Shown here in pieces: positions 39,120 through 55,715 of a stretch of DNA of 64,000 nt (position 1 is its first letter; each line of letters begins with the position of its first letter). The position numbers and the translations under genes are program-made. The notes below the pieces were generated by a model. The model ran no database searches. It was not told the DNA's origin and saw only the letters and a list, made by a program, of their open reading frames with translations. Source of the stretch: the human T2T-CHM13v2.0 reference genome, Homo sapiens. The stretch is from assembly GCF_009914755.1 (NCBI RefSeq), contig NC_060927.1; one strand, 5' to 3'.

Positions 39120-40150
39120 CCATACTTGAATGCTATCATGCGGGAGACAGATACTCCGTTTGGCAATGCATTTTAAACCATCTTAGTTGACATCATTATT
39201 GTTTTCTTAGATTTTAAATTCTTGAAAGATGATAAGTACATCTCTATATAGTGTGCAATATATCATTATACAAAAACAGTCAATACCATGCATCTTTGAT
39301 AGTGATAATAACTTTCTGAATGGTAATAAACATGATCAGAAGCAATACAAAGTTGATATTCAATTAGAAAAGTCAGGCAACAGTTCTTAACATCCCCATT
39401 GCAAAATTCCTACATAGAATGGTATGCATTTTAGCTAGCAAAACACTAAAACAGTCGGGAATACTACACTTGTTGCATTACCGAGTGCTCTGGCATTTTG
39501 TCGTTGTTTTGAATATGAACTAACCAACACTTTTGGCAATACTGCAAACTTAAATTTTACAAATGAGATGCATAGCTGAAATGTGACTTTATTGCTGTTG
39601 TGAGCAATCTTTTAGATGCCTTTACTCCAAGTGACATAAAGGAAGTTTAAATTTAAGAAGTTAAAGTAGACAAATGGTAAGACTACTGAGATGATGTAAC
39701 TGTATGGCAAAGTTTTCATCATTTATTGGTTTGCCGATGCCACCTCAGTACTATTGCTCATGTTACTGACGAAGTTATGCTATATAAAGCACAGCTCTAT
39801 CAAATTCAGGAGAGTCAGTAGAAAAATATTTTTCATCAAAGATGGAATTGACAAGTACAAATTCTGTGGAAACTGATAACCTTCAGAAATGGCACTCTAC
39901 AATTTTAAGATTTAATAAAAATAAAGAGTTATTGTAATTTATCCTTGGTTGTTTTAATGAATTATACAAACAGTTTAACTTTGGGGATTCTGCACGTACT
40001 ATTTGCATCTTGTTGAAGAAGCTCTCAGCAAAGAGACTTTGGCTAAGATGTAAAGCAGCCCTCAGAATGAATCATACAACCTGCAAAGAGCTGTGCTAAA
40101 TACATCCATATATATGACAAAAGCTTCAAGTTTTTTCTAGCATTTACATT
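39120..40150 (+). mobile_element. Possible ancient hAT transposase remnant
   Basis: Frameshifted ASC(E)RS(F)SK-like motif at ~40005 and DTRW-like motif at ~39150; judged by eye only. Confidence 0.4.
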
Positions 40151-40247
40151 ATTGATACAAATCAACATAGATACCAGAGAGTTTTAAAAATAATAGGTGC
40201 ACAAGGGAATGGGCATAAAGGAAGGGTGACAGTGGAGCAGCTTCAGG

Positions 40248-40495
40248 CCCACTGTTTGGCACAGCAGGGTTGCGTATTTCCTATGTCAATTGAAAAACCT
40301 AAAACATACCTCTATTTAAGCCATCCTGCCAAGTACTGCACCAAGAAAGCTACTTGCAAAGTGAGGCATCTCCAGCAGCAGAAAAATCTGGGGAGCAGTA
40401 GAAATGATGGAAGATGATGGCTCAAACCGAAATGTCATCCTAGGTGTGCACTTGATCCACAAGAGACCTGCAGTCCTGCCATGCCAAACAGTAGG
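40248..40495. mobile_element. ~250-bp TIR-bounded non-autonomous DNA transposon (MITE)
   Basis: 26-bp terminal inverted repeats, 21/26 identical. Confidence 0.75.
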
Positions 40496-40649
40496 TGGAT
40501 AGGCTCCTCCACGGCCCCTCTCTTCTCAGACCCCTGTCCTCTGTTTCCTTAGCCTTGCTTCTCTCAAATTATGCTTTCCCCTGTTTACCCATCCACAGGT
40601 ATATCTTATCAAGTCTAGAGGCCAAACCCTTGTCCAATGGGAAAGAAGC

Positions 40650-40752
40650 ATAGAGCACAAAATTTATGAAGGCACTCACTCAGGGTTGGGCAAGTGCTTC
40701 TTTAACTTTGCACCCTAGACCCCTCATTTGCCTCATCCTAGTCCCAGGTGTT
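40650..40752. mobile_element. MER91-like hAT-Tip100 fragment
   Basis: cacaaaattta..aaggcactcactcaggg...tttgcaccctag...ttgcctcatcctagtccca. Confidence 0.65.
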
Positions 40753-42043
40753 GGAAGTAGAGTATGGTATAGCTGGGTAACTTAGAATCTACTCCTTAAG
40801 CTCTGCAGGAATTTGACCATCCTCAACAACTAGCACCTTATTGCTGGTTTAATAAACATATATTGCATACCTGCTCCCCTCTGTCTTCAGCTTTGGCCTA
40901 AAATTCCAGGAAATAGAAAAAATACCCTGCAATATCCTATTATATACAGAACAACAGAGAAAGCTTACTCCCAGTTTTTCACTGTGAAACACAGTTCAGT
41001 GACTTATCTCATGTGCACACTGTTTTACTTCATTTAAATTATCTCTGCATGTTTAGTATCAGCAATAAGATTACTGGTCAAATTATCAGTAATTTGGGGG
41101 GATGCATTGGATACTGCCATGGTTCTATTTAAAATAATTTTACCAATTGTCACTATGAATTTTCATGGTTGTTTTCATTTCCCCACAACCAGACACACAT
41201 ATGGGCATTTGTGTTTTTGGTATACAAATCCCATTGTTATACAATAAGATTTTTTTTTTTGCTTAACTTTGAATATTTTACATATTTATACTGGTTGTTT
41301 TATCTGTAGACTTATTTTTAGAGGGCAGTTTTATTTTTCATCTAGTTTGCATGTTTGAATCTTCTGGGATCCTGGAAGAATACTAGTAAATTATCTCATG
41401 TTAACTAAATTCTCAGTTTTATTTTCTCTCTTGCCTTTTTTTAAAAAAGGCTTTGGATATCATCATTATGCTATGCCTTTTTTAAAAATAATTTTTCTGC
41501 TTATTTTCACATTCATACATATGCTGAAATTCAGCAAGTTGTATAAAGAATTGAAATTGGAATATGTGAATTATTTATTAATGAACAAACTTTATAACTG
41601 ACCAGTATCTCCATCATGCCAATATATAAGGTTATAAAGTTTTAAAATGCATATAAGATAAAAGAATATTAGCTAATAGGGGCAAAAACATTTCTATATA
41701 TTATAAATTTCCCAAAATGAAACTCAATATTAATTAGTTTTTCAACCAAAAATTTATGATTACTGTTGACAAACTACAAACTATTTAAGTACAATGAGAA
41801 AAAAGTTAAATAGTAAATGAGAACAATTTAACTCTTAAAATTATTGGGCCAGTTTTCAAGGTTATTACAATGCTATATATAAGTTAATTCTTAATTTTAA
41901 TATTCTGCTTTTTATATTTCTGTGTAGATATGTGAATTTCTTTTGGAGAAATAGAAACACTTTAACCCAACTTCAAAAGATAATAATAATGAACAAGTCT
42001 AAATCCTAAAACATGATGAGCAAAGATAAAAGAACAGATATGA

Positions 42044-42383
<340 letters not shown>

Positions 42384-43916
42384 TCATGACCCATTTTAAC
42401 ATGATTTATGCCCAATATGACATCAAGATGTCAAGAAATATGAAACAGGATAGTTACATACCATCAAAGATGTAGTCATTTGGATATATGCTAAAAAGTT
42501 TTAGAATAATTATTCAATAGCACTTCATAAAATATCTTCACATTCTTTAAATTTAAAAGGTAAATTGTAATAAATTTGAGAGTTGATATGCTCTCAAATA
42601 CTTGAGAGTATATATTAAAATTAATTTAATAAATTTATTATGATTAGCATTACCAGTTTTCTTTCTTAATGGGGAAGGAATAAACATAAAATAAAGTGGC
42701 TAAGATTTACAGATTCATGTAACAATGGCATTTATAACCTTATTTATGTTTTGTAAAGTTCTGCATGACTATTAACTCAGGTAAATCAAATTAAAATTTA
42801 TCTTGAGTGGTACTAAATATGACTAAATCAAAAGTCAGTCAGTAAGTATTCTTGAATATGTCAAATCAACTATCTTTCAACTGAAGGTAATAATTGATTT
42901 TCTCACTGATTTGGACAACAAATAATAGAATTGCCAATGAATAAACCAACCCTTTGGTAATATTTGATATTTCATACCAGTTGTGCTTTATTCAAGATTT
43001 TACTTCTACCTAAAAATACTAAATAATGAATGATGTTTATTTTTGGTGCACAGAGATTGTTCAAATTAAATTAAATACGTTGTTTAGATTCTAAGATCCA
43101 TAAGTTTTTCTGCACTGTTTTTTAATTGAAAGCCCCTGTAAAGAATTTCAGAAACCCATAAGTTATATTTTTGTATGAATCTTTTATTTTCCAAAGTACT
43201 TCCAAGTACCTTATCTGCATTGGTACTCATATCTACTCTATGAAATAGAAAAGGCCAGCATCATCTGTTTGCTTTTGTTTTTGTCTTCTCATGAGAAACT
43301 GAGCCTATCTTATACATCCAGTCTTCACCTTATGATACCCTACTTTTAATCCCACAAAACATAGAAAGTAGCATGCCATTAGCTTATTTTATATTAAAAT
43401 GTTCGTGATGTTGATATTGTGATGTCCCTTACTTTCTAGATATATTTCCATCATCCCTCAAATCCCAAAATATTAGGGATTGACTTTTTAGTTATTTGAT
43501 AACACTGTTCATGCTCCCTGGTGTCAGGGATGATAGTGTCATAAGGAGCTTGTCAGCGAAACCACTGTCCCAAATGTCATAGTTAAGTTTAATTCCAATT
43601 ATCTAATTTATTCTCTAATCAAATATCTAGTAGATAGTAATAAACGTTAATTACAAAAGGAATAAGCCAAATATTCCCCTTTAGTATGCATTTTATAATG
43701 CAACTATTACAGCTGATCTTCATCTCCCCCCAAAAAAGACGTTTTTTCTTTTATTGACTTCTAAACCGGATATTTTATTTCAAAAGTGGTTAGTGGTCAG
43801 AGAGGGGGAAAGAAAGGTAACAATTGTTTGAGCAGATCAGCCAGGGTATATTACGGCTGGGAAAATTTCAGGAGAAGAGACAAGAAATGATTTGTTTTAT
43901 TCTTTGCTTTTTTAAG

Positions 43917-44033
43917 GAGGAGTTTGGGAGAGAATGAATTGGACTGTGAAACTTTCATGAACTTCTCAAAAGAACAGGAACATGAGGAGACGAAATGGTG
44001 ATGAAAACCCACAATTCAATCTACCACAGTATG
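43917..44033 (+). other. Candidate 117-nt internal (probably 5'UTR) exon
   Basis: Acceptor ttttattctttgcttttttaag, purine-rich body, donor ATG|GTAAGC; no transcript evidence. Confidence 0.35.
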
Positions 44034-44779
44034 GTAAGCATTCCCAGCTTTAAACCATGAAGAAAAATAAATTGACAATTAGTGAAAAAAAAAATGTGGT
44101 AAATCAAAGAACGTAATGCAAAATGGACACTGGAGGGATGAAAGTCCATATGACTCCTGCTTCCAGGAAAGGCCAGAGCCACTGATCATTGGTTCACTAA
44201 TGGCCAATAGTGTTTCAAGGTGAAAGGAAGGATGGGTCCAGGAGCCTATTGGAGGAAAATAGGGTGGAGACTTGGAGATGGTGTTAAGAGAACATTTGGG
44301 TGAGTGAACATAAATCAAAGAAAAAATAAATTAAGAAAAATGCTTATAGAAAGTGAAAGGTAGACATTAAATACTAAATCAGATAAAAACCTGCAGATTT
44401 TATATTTAACCATCTTCTCAATTATAATAATGATTTGGAAAATTTAATGTTTTCTTTTATATAATTTGGCAGGGTGATAACTATCCTCAGTGGGATAACA
44501 GACTAGTTTTAACTCTTACATCTCCATGTTTCAGAGTTTATTTGAGGCAAAGTATGATTTTTAAGAACAGCTACTGCTTATTTTGCTCAGGTTGCTTATT
44601 GCCCAGCCCAGTCTGAGGGGACCATTCATAGCTTATCCATGTGATACACAACCTGCACAAGCCATACGTGTTGCCTCTGATTATATGTGTACATAAGAAA
44701 TGAAACAACATAATAAATGTTACTCTTGGGAACAGCAATGGATTAAGTGCCCTAATATCTTTATTCAGGTCACTGATCT

Positions 44780-44952
44780 GCTGGCTCCTAGCCGGATAAT
44801 ATTATTCATATCAATTAGCCTCTCTGAATCCAGAGTGCTTGCTAGGAAAATGGTGACAATAATATTTACCTTCCCAATCTTACACAGTTGTCTGAGTTAG
44901 TCAAAGAATGTTTTGTAAAATTTTAAGTTTTATATAAATGCACATTATTATT
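44780..44952 (+). mobile_element. MIR fragment
   Basis: ttagcctctctgaatc...aaaatggtgacaataatatttaccttcc. Confidence 0.55.
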
Positions 44953-45313
44953 TAGAAGATTAATGCAACCATAGGATAGTCACTTGTCATATATATGGAT
45001 TTTAATATTTTTAAGAGACAGCATGACATATATCATGTAAGCTACTGTCACAAAGCTAAAAGTATATATTTAATAAATGATTTTTTAATTAAATGGATGG
45101 CAGGAATGTACTGTCTATTGCAAATTTTGTAACAGTTTATATTAATTTATAATTCTATACATTAGATTTTGAAAATCTCAATGGTACCCATTCTCCTTAG
45201 TATTATTTTTTAAAAGTTTTTATTTTCCAAGTATACTGATTCTCAGTTATGATGGAGAATATCAACAGTTACTGATTCAAGATGCTCTTGCCCCTGCAAA
45301 GTCTACTTCGTAG

Positions 45314-46521
<1,208 letters not shown>

Positions 46522-47739
46522 TACCCATAATATGAATCCCTGAATGAAACAGACCTAGAATTGATGGGAATGAGATTGACAGCTGCACATAACCATCAGT
46601 GTCCTGGACTGGGACATGTGTATAGGTGTGCTTTCATAAGCACATTATTTCTTTACGAAATACATTCTTGGAATTACTTTTGACTTCAAAGAGTCAAAAA
46701 TTACCAAATTAATTCAAATAAATAATAAAATTCTGTTTTCAACTCAAGATAATTCTATAAGTATGAAAGCTCCCAAAACAAGGCAAAAGAAAATGTTTTT
46801 GTTTCCATTTTGAATTTTTCATTTTTCCAGCCACCCCTCTCTAGCTTCTGAATTTTTACACTGACGAACAGATTTTGTGTCTTTCTTCCCATAGCTAAAA
46901 ATGATATTCAGACTTGATAATAGTGATTATAAGAAGTATTATTATGCCAATTATTTCAAATTGTGCAATGGTCAAAGCACATAAAAATATGTCATAGCAA
47001 TAAATCTGTTTTCCTACTCTTTGTAATGTCTTATTTGCCTTAACAACTTTTCAGACAACAGCTATAATAAATGGACTCTCAAGTATGATTTGCATCTCTC
47101 CCATCACAAGAGTAGTGTCTGTTTCAGAACTCACAGTTGTGTATGATATATTTAAATGATCCCAAATAATCGTCCTCAGAGCTGTCCTGACCTTACCGAT
47201 AATGAGTTTTATAGCCCTTTATATTGTAGTTTGCCTGAGCCTGAAATATATTAATTACCACAAATATATGAAATGTGTGGTTGTAAAATCCCTGACTTCT
47301 CTCTCCTAAGTCTAATAATCACTAAAATATGTACTATTGCTTTCATGTCATATTTACCTGGTGCTTGTTTCCCCTTCTATATTCTGTATGTTGTTTGATG
47401 GTTCTTTCTCCAGTCTCTCATGCCAGAAGAGTCATTCCTTAATGCCTGGCTCTCCTTCATTTCATATATCCAATTGGTCACTATATCTTCTCAATTCATC
47501 ATACAAAATATTTCTGGGATTTATGCTGTTTTCATTAGTACCATGGCTTCCTTTAAAAATTGACCCATTTTAGTCTCAGAGTCGCACTCGCCTGTCTTCT
47601 AACGCTACCATCACTTTCCCATAAAACCATAGAGGAATTAACTTAGAATCATGTCACAAAGCCTTCTCCCTGAAAGCAAAATGGTTGTCTTGCTGCTATA
47701 TACCCAATGACAGAGGTACCACTTGAGACAGGAGATTCT

Positions 47740-47990
47740 ACAGAAAGAGTGTAAGTTGTGATACCAGACAGACAGGCAGGGTTTTAGATCCCATTGTAGG
47801 GACATACCACCACCTCTATCAGTGGTGTAATACTGGATAAGTTCACCTCTCTGGAACTTAGTTTAACTATGTTTTACTTTGAAATAATAATTCATATTTC
47901 ATAGGATTGTTGTGAAGACTAAATAAGATCATGTGTATTAAAAAATATTTGCTGTAATGTATTGAATGCTCACTAGAGGATAATTTCCTT
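47740..47990 (+). mobile_element. MIR
   Basis: acctctctggaacttagttt...ataggattgttgtgaagactaaataaga. Confidence 0.65.
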
Positions 47991-48695
47991 CTTGCATTCT
48001 CCTACCACTTCTAGGCACCATTGATGGTACCAGAACCTGTCTGCAGAAACTCTGCATGCTTTCCTAGTTCTCCTGTCCTGCTATCATTTGGGGACCAAGG
48101 ATATCTTTATTTCTCAAACAGTATTAGAGAACCTGGGTGAGACCATATTCTGTCTCAGGGAACCTGTTTGATCAATGCTTCTGCAAATCCTCTTTCTATA
48201 ACAGCTGGAAACTGTTTCTCTTCATGCTATTTTCTTGCTCATACATCAATGATTGATTTCCCCTAAGTTACAAGCAAAAATAAATATTTCATAGCTTTTT
48301 CTACTCTACCCTTGCATATTTTTATGAAATCAGCTCTGCCACTCGTTCTTTTTACCTGCTTGATTTTCTCATAAAGTCCATGTCTTTTTAATCCTCTGTA
48401 CTTTCCATAGCCAGCCTCTCCAGTTAGAATGCTTTTCCCTGCTTATACATCCCGTAAACGCCCATTATTCTCAGATCAGCTTCTCTATAAAGCATTGCCA
48501 ACCTTTGCTTCATCTCAGAAAGTAGGTGTTTTCCAGCTTAGTGTTCCTATCCCTGCAGTGCACTTCGATAACGTCTCTTTAAGCCTGTATCTTGCCATAT
48601 TGGTACTATTTGTCTTACCTACTACCGTGTAAATTCCTTGAATGGAGAACAGTACCACAGCACCTAGAATGTGCTTGAAAGTCCACAAATAGTAG

Positions 48696-49240
<545 letters not shown>

Positions 49241-52200
49241 CTATAATTATTTTCATTGCCCTTATCAACTTAATTTTTTTTCCTTTCCCAGGCAGTCACA
49301 TTCTTATCTGAATTTTCTTTGTCAAACTGTGCTACCATTTTGTATCCTGTGTCATAAACAAGTGTAATTTTTATGCAAGCACTATTTTTATATAATTCTA
49401 AACACCAAGACTTTAAACCTAGAAGAAAACTGCAGTATGTATGCTTCTCTCATTTGCATGAAAATAGCATTCTGTAATTGAGATTTCAAAGTTGAGAAAT
49501 TCTAAAGCCTTTATTTAAAAAATCCTTTGAAAAATTAATCATATTTTTCCAGTTTTGTAAATAAATGAATTGGAAAGCAATGAAGCAAAATTTAACAACC
49601 TTCAAAATACACATTCACATTCTATTCGTAAGTTCTTTTATATTGCAAGTTGGTGCCAAAAAACATAGCCCTATCATGATGGTCCTGAGAGAAAACCTCG
49701 TTGATTGGAAAAGGGTGAGGTGATCTAGGAATAACTGGCATTCAGCTGTTGTATCATAGTTTCAGTACAACTTGGAAAAATGGCACCACACATTCACAGG
49801 AACTGTACCCTTCTCTCCTGGGGTAACTTAATGAACTTCTCTGGCTACCTGCACAAGATCTTCATCACTCAGTTAAGGGCCAGAGAGAGCAGAATATTTA
49901 AATATGTAGCAAGTAAGCCTACTCTATGGTAGATCTACACTAGGTTTGAAGAGTTCTATAGTTCCATCTGGGTAGGGGAGGGTAATTGTACTGTTCTCTC
50001 CCATATCTGTGATGTGTTTATATTATTTATTTTGTTATAAGATCGTTTTATAAATTCTGTTCCATTTCTCAAGAAGTGTGGTAATTTATAGCATGTCTCT
50101 GCATTCTTCAGTTGGTAGATGAGAACTTTCAAAAACCCACTTTGTAACTGACAAAATGAGGAACTTATATTTCCTGGCATAACATGAACTGGGAGTGTCA
50201 TTCACGTTCGATTAGTTAAGCACTAAAAAAATTAGGCTTATGTTTTTAGCCTCTTTTTCTTACTTTAAAAGGAATTTTTCTAACAAATACAGTTTAAGTG
50301 TAAATACAACTCTTAATTGTCCACAACAACAGGGAATGGAAAATTGGGATCTACAGATAATTCAAAATTTTACTTTAAAGAGCACATTCAACCTTTGTTC
50401 CCAATGAGCTCTTAACATTGCTTAGAGCTAAGAATTAATTTGTGTGGATTTTATCACTTTTTATTTGACATCTCACCCAAGGAAGAATTGCTGATCAGCA
50501 GTGAATTAGGCACTGAGTAGAGTAGCCAGAAAGAGTGAAATCAGAAACCTGAGCACTTGAATCAACCACAAATTTCATATCTAACCCTTGAACATTTTAA
50601 ATGACATATATCTTCATTTTAGTTTTATAATAGCAATAGACATTCTAAGACAGAACTAAATACAAAACATTTTTTGAGTGCATAGATTTTCTGAAAAAGA
50701 TCACCTGTTCTATTGTTACTTGAAAATGTAGATTAATATATTTAATTCAACCTTCTGGACGAAACAGTGCTAGAACTATGTCATACTTTACCAAATCCAT
50801 CCCTTCCCAATAACAAAACAAAGAAATGTTTCCCTTTCCTTCCTGGATTCTTCAGGTGCTTTTCATCAACAGAAAACCACTTGCTGACATGTGGTTCATT
50901 TCTAGGGTGGACAAGTAATTTTTAAAAATTTATTGTGGCAAAGTCAGCATACCAAAAAAAAAAAAAGTTAAAAAAAAAAGATCTGTCCTGTGCTTTATTT
51001 GTGAGGCTGTGAAGGAGACTTCTATGGCTGTTGCTGTGTTGGGTTATCTTTATTTTACCTCCTGGTTGAGTGATGAGCCTTTTCAAAGAGAAAAGAACCA
51101 AAGACATGTCCTTCTGCCTGTTTGCTGCACCTCAGTTTGGTCTCCAGACTCTGATATTGTTGGGTGGCTTCATGAAAATTATCCACCAATTTCTTTAAAA
51201 AATCAGTTTCATTTATTATCATTTAAATATAAGTAATATTGTACATTTGTATGTAACAAGCAGAATCTGAAATCCAGTATTGAGACTGTCAAATGAAGCA
51301 TATGCGATATGCACAATGTGCCTAAAAAGCTGTGATCTTCCTTAAAACATTGAAATCCAAGTCCTCCAAATTTGGCAGAAGAGAAAGTCTCCCCATTCAT
51401 GAGAAGGCAGTCGAACCACTAACCTTCACGGTCATTCCTCTGGGATTCCCCCCTTCCTTAGGGATCTCTCTGACTGCATTTGCACATTCACACTGTCCTG
51501 AGGGACTTAAGGAGCTTTTCATCTATGTTTGCACACTTGTGTTCCACTCACCAAACATGCTATTAACTATTCTTTTTTGGTTCAAGTGAACCAGCCACTC
51601 ATGCAAAACACACTTTTATGCTCATGGAGATAATATATAGGTCTTCCTTTAGAAAAGGAAATTTGCAAAAATAATGATGTTACTTAATAAAATAAAAAAC
51701 ATAATTTATTCTTGTAATTTACCCTGTTATGTAATCAAAGGTATATACAATTTGTAAGTACATCATAGATTACTGATATGCTCAATTAGAGCCAGTAATT
51801 AATATTTGCAACAGAAGCATGAATATGATCTTTAAAAACTGACTAATCACTTTTGCTTGTGTAAAATTTTTTATCCTTAAATAGTCTTTAGTGTGATGTA
51901 TACAATAGTATTTCCCTAATTTAAGCATTTTCTAGTCTTATTTACAAAATAAATTGAATCCTATTATTTCATTTGAAATGAATTTTTATTTTGAAAATAA
52001 TTTGGTAGAACATAAAAACAAAATCTTCTTGGGTAGTTAAACATTTAATGTTGACACAGTCTTTTTGTGACATACTTGCTTCACCTGGATATGATTCTAG
52101 AGAGTCTATGAGCCCCTTGAAATTGTGTGCAAAAATATATGTGTCCTGGTATTATATCATTCTGGTGTAAAAGGTAGAACAGTTTTCCTCAGAACCATGA

Positions 52201-53239
52201 CATAAAATGAAATCTATGCATTGTGTGTAAATTCCTCCAAGCAGTATATTTTTAATACTGAAAAAATACTCATGTGTGTGGACTCACTGAAGTAAATGAA
52301 GTAGTGGTAAGTCCATCAGCATATGCACACTGATATATTTTCAGAATAATAGGAATATTCTTGGTCATGTCATAAAACTATGTATTATAATGATATAACT
52401 TCATTATTCACTATCTCATTTTCCTATGCTCTGGTTTATCATCATGAAGACATTAATTTCTCATGATTTCTCGTGCTATCTATGGAAATAATCCTTTATT
52501 GAAAAAATAAGTATCTTGAAATTAGTGGCAGCAAAATGGATTTGAGAAGATCTCATTAAAGTGTATTTAGCAACATCTCACTGAATCTTTATATTTTTAC
52601 ACACAGAAAAATATTTTGGATGTTTTAGAAAAAAAATGTGTAGAATTAGAGAGCTCTAACTGTGAACACCAACATTGTTTCGCCACCTGTATCTTGCATT
52701 AAGAGACAGATGGACTTGCGCCAGAGATTTAAAGTCAAATAAAGAAGTTCCTGGGTGAAAATCAGTATTACTGAAAAATATTTTACAATGAGTTCTTTCT
52801 CTAAGCAATGTTTATGGCACATGTATTGATATTTGAAGTAGAAATTAGTTTTAAGTAAATATGACTTATAAATAATATTACGTGGAGTTCCATGAAAGAA
52901 GGGACTGTGTCCTATTCAGTGCAATATCCTCTGAGTCTGACACTGAATTAACAGTTGATAAATGAAAAAATAATCAATGAATCAATCTATGGATGTGGTA
53001 AATTCATAGCTATTTTTCTGGCTCCTGGTAGTGTGGGGTCTAAGTATACCCTAAATAACTCTTGAAATATTCTTATATATATGAGAAGAATTTGCTAATA
53101 TGATGGACAAACATCATGCTCCAATGAAGTAATAATCTAATCAAGGTGAACAAAATATTTTGGTCTACAAAATAAATAACAATGCAAATATTAGTAACTA
53201 ACTTTAGTAGGGTCTTTGTACTTTAAAAGATATTAAGAA

Positions 53240-53287
<48 letters not shown>

Positions 53288-53570
53288 TTGAGATGGAGTC
53301 TCACTCTGTCGCCCAGGCTGAAGTGCAGTGGCGCCATCTCGGCTCACCGCAAGCTCAGCCTCCCGGCTTCACGCCATTCTCCTACCTCAGCCTCCTGAGT
53401 AGCTGGGATTACAGGCGCCGGCCACCACGCCCGGCTAATTTTTTGTATTTTTAGTAGAGACGGGGTTTCACCTTGTTAGCCAGGATGGTCTCGATTTCCT
53501 GACCTCGTGATCTGCCTGCCTCAGCCTCCCAAAGTGCTGGGATTACAGGCGTGAGCCACTGCGCCCGGCC
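53240..53570 (-). mobile_element. AluY with (ATT)16 tail
   Basis: gcaagctc...ttcacgccattctcc; gttagccaggatggtctcgat. Confidence 0.93.
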
Positions 53571-53744
53571 CACAGATACAAATTATTTCTATCCAGAAGA
53601 AAAACAAACTTCAGTGCTATAGATTATTATCCCAGAAATCTTATACTAATATTATCTCAAAAGGCCTATAAATATTCAGATCTTCAAAATGCCCTTTGAT
53701 TCAGCCTTGCCGTCTGATTGGTTTACTCATTAATCAAGAAATTG

Positions 53745-54020
53745 AATAATATCTTTGACACATGTTTATTTTATATTTTTATGAGCCACATTGCTAACTT
53801 TTGGAAACTTAATGGATTATTGTAATCTTCACAACTGCATGAAGTAGGTACTAAAATCATCGCCATGCACTATTATTACTATTAACAGTACGATAGGTAC
53901 TAGTGTCATCCCCATAAGGAAACAGAATTAGTAAGATTAAATTACTTATCACACAGGTGGTAAGAATTTCAAGCTCTCTAATGCCAAGAGCCTGTGTTCA
54001 TAACCACTATACTGTGCCAC
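53745..54020 (-). mobile_element. MIR
   Basis: aatcttcacaac...gaagtaggtact...taaccactatactg. Confidence 0.6.
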
Positions 54021-54182
54021 CTGCCTAGAAGCTAAAAGAGAACTCGTATTGAGTAACTAAAGCTAAAATCCGTATCTTCCATGTGTCTTGAAAGTATTGT
54101 CAAAGGCAAAGAGAATTTATAAAAGTACTTCGTCACTAAATTAATGTGATAGTAGAAATAATTAATTATATGTAATGTATAA

Positions 54183-54575
<393 letters not shown>

Positions 54576-55239
54576 TAGTTCACAAATGAATTCGTGAATA
54601 CAGACCAAAACTTTGGCCTCTTGGAGAGAATCAAGCTGTGTCATTGTCAGACAGCCACAGAGTTTCTTTCACATTTCACATTATCAAGATTACATATTAC
54701 TAACAAAATAATGTTTGAAAGTTATATTTGAGTTATTTGAAACTTTTATCAAGAGTTCCAGGAATGAAAAGCCTCTGGATAGTAAGTAGATAGATAGAGA
54801 AAATATTTGCCAAGTTTTGTTCCGTCTGTTGTTTTGTTTGCTTTTGTATTCAGACTGGTGTAACAGGACTTACGTGTCTGGAAATCACCTTTTCCTTACT
54901 CAAAGGTTCTTTAAGGTCTGAGGGTCTTAACAACACCTTTCTCCAGCTGTCAAGGAAAAGCTACATATGAGAGATTTTTGCCTCTTGTTTAGAATTTTTA
55001 AGCTGCAAAGGATAACACTCTGTTTTTCTCAGCAGTGTTTTCTTCTGGCCCCAAATCTGCTTGCAATATTGTCATTGTTTCCACTGGCAGACTCTGCTTC
55101 CTTTGGGAGGTGTTTCTAGATAAAGGCATATAGGGTGAAGAGACTTCTGCTTCCCTTAAGTATCCAGAATGTCTCCAAACTGGAACTAGGGAAATATAAA
55201 AATTAAAAACCTTAACTATTTTTCTTTTAAAGCCATTTC

Positions 55240-55410
55240 CCAAGTGTTGTCCTTGAGCTTGCTATATCAAAATAACTTAATCTACTTGTTTAAAAAAATG
55301 CAGATTTCTTGGCCTCATTCCTGACCTTTTGGGTCAGAACCTGTGAGCTGGAACCAGGGAAACAGTATACTGTTTCAACAAGGAACTCAGTTGACCCCAT
55401 ACCGTATTTA
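55240..55410. mobile_element. MER5-like hAT element
   Basis: cttgtttaaaaaaatgcagatttcttggcctca...tcagaac. Confidence 0.6.
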
Positions 55411-55420
55411 TAAAGCACTT

Positions 55421-55715
55421 AAAAAAATAGGGACAGGGTCTTGCTGTATTGCCCAGCTGGAGTGTAGTGGCATGATTGTAGCTAGCTGCAGCCTCAAATT
55501 CCTGGGCTCAAGGGATCCTGCTGACTCAGCCTCCCAAGTAGCTACCACACCTGGCTAATTTTTTTAAAATTTTATGTAGAGCTAGGGTTTCACTATATTG
55601 CCTAGGCTGGTCTCAAACTCCTGGCCTCAAGCAGTCCTCCCACCCTCAAGCAATCCTCCTAGCTTGGCCTCCCAAACTGCTGGGTTTACAGGCATAAGCC
55701 ACCACGTGCCCGGCC
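55421..55715 (-). mobile_element. AluJ
   Basis: Diverged dimer; flanks tataaagcactt / tataaagccctt; internal cctcaagca duplication. Confidence 0.85.

Noticed and set aside
50828-50920. Possible exon after a strong pyrimidine tract (ttcttcag at ~50855)
   Set aside because: Only a weak donor (CAA|GTAATT) follows; insufficient support
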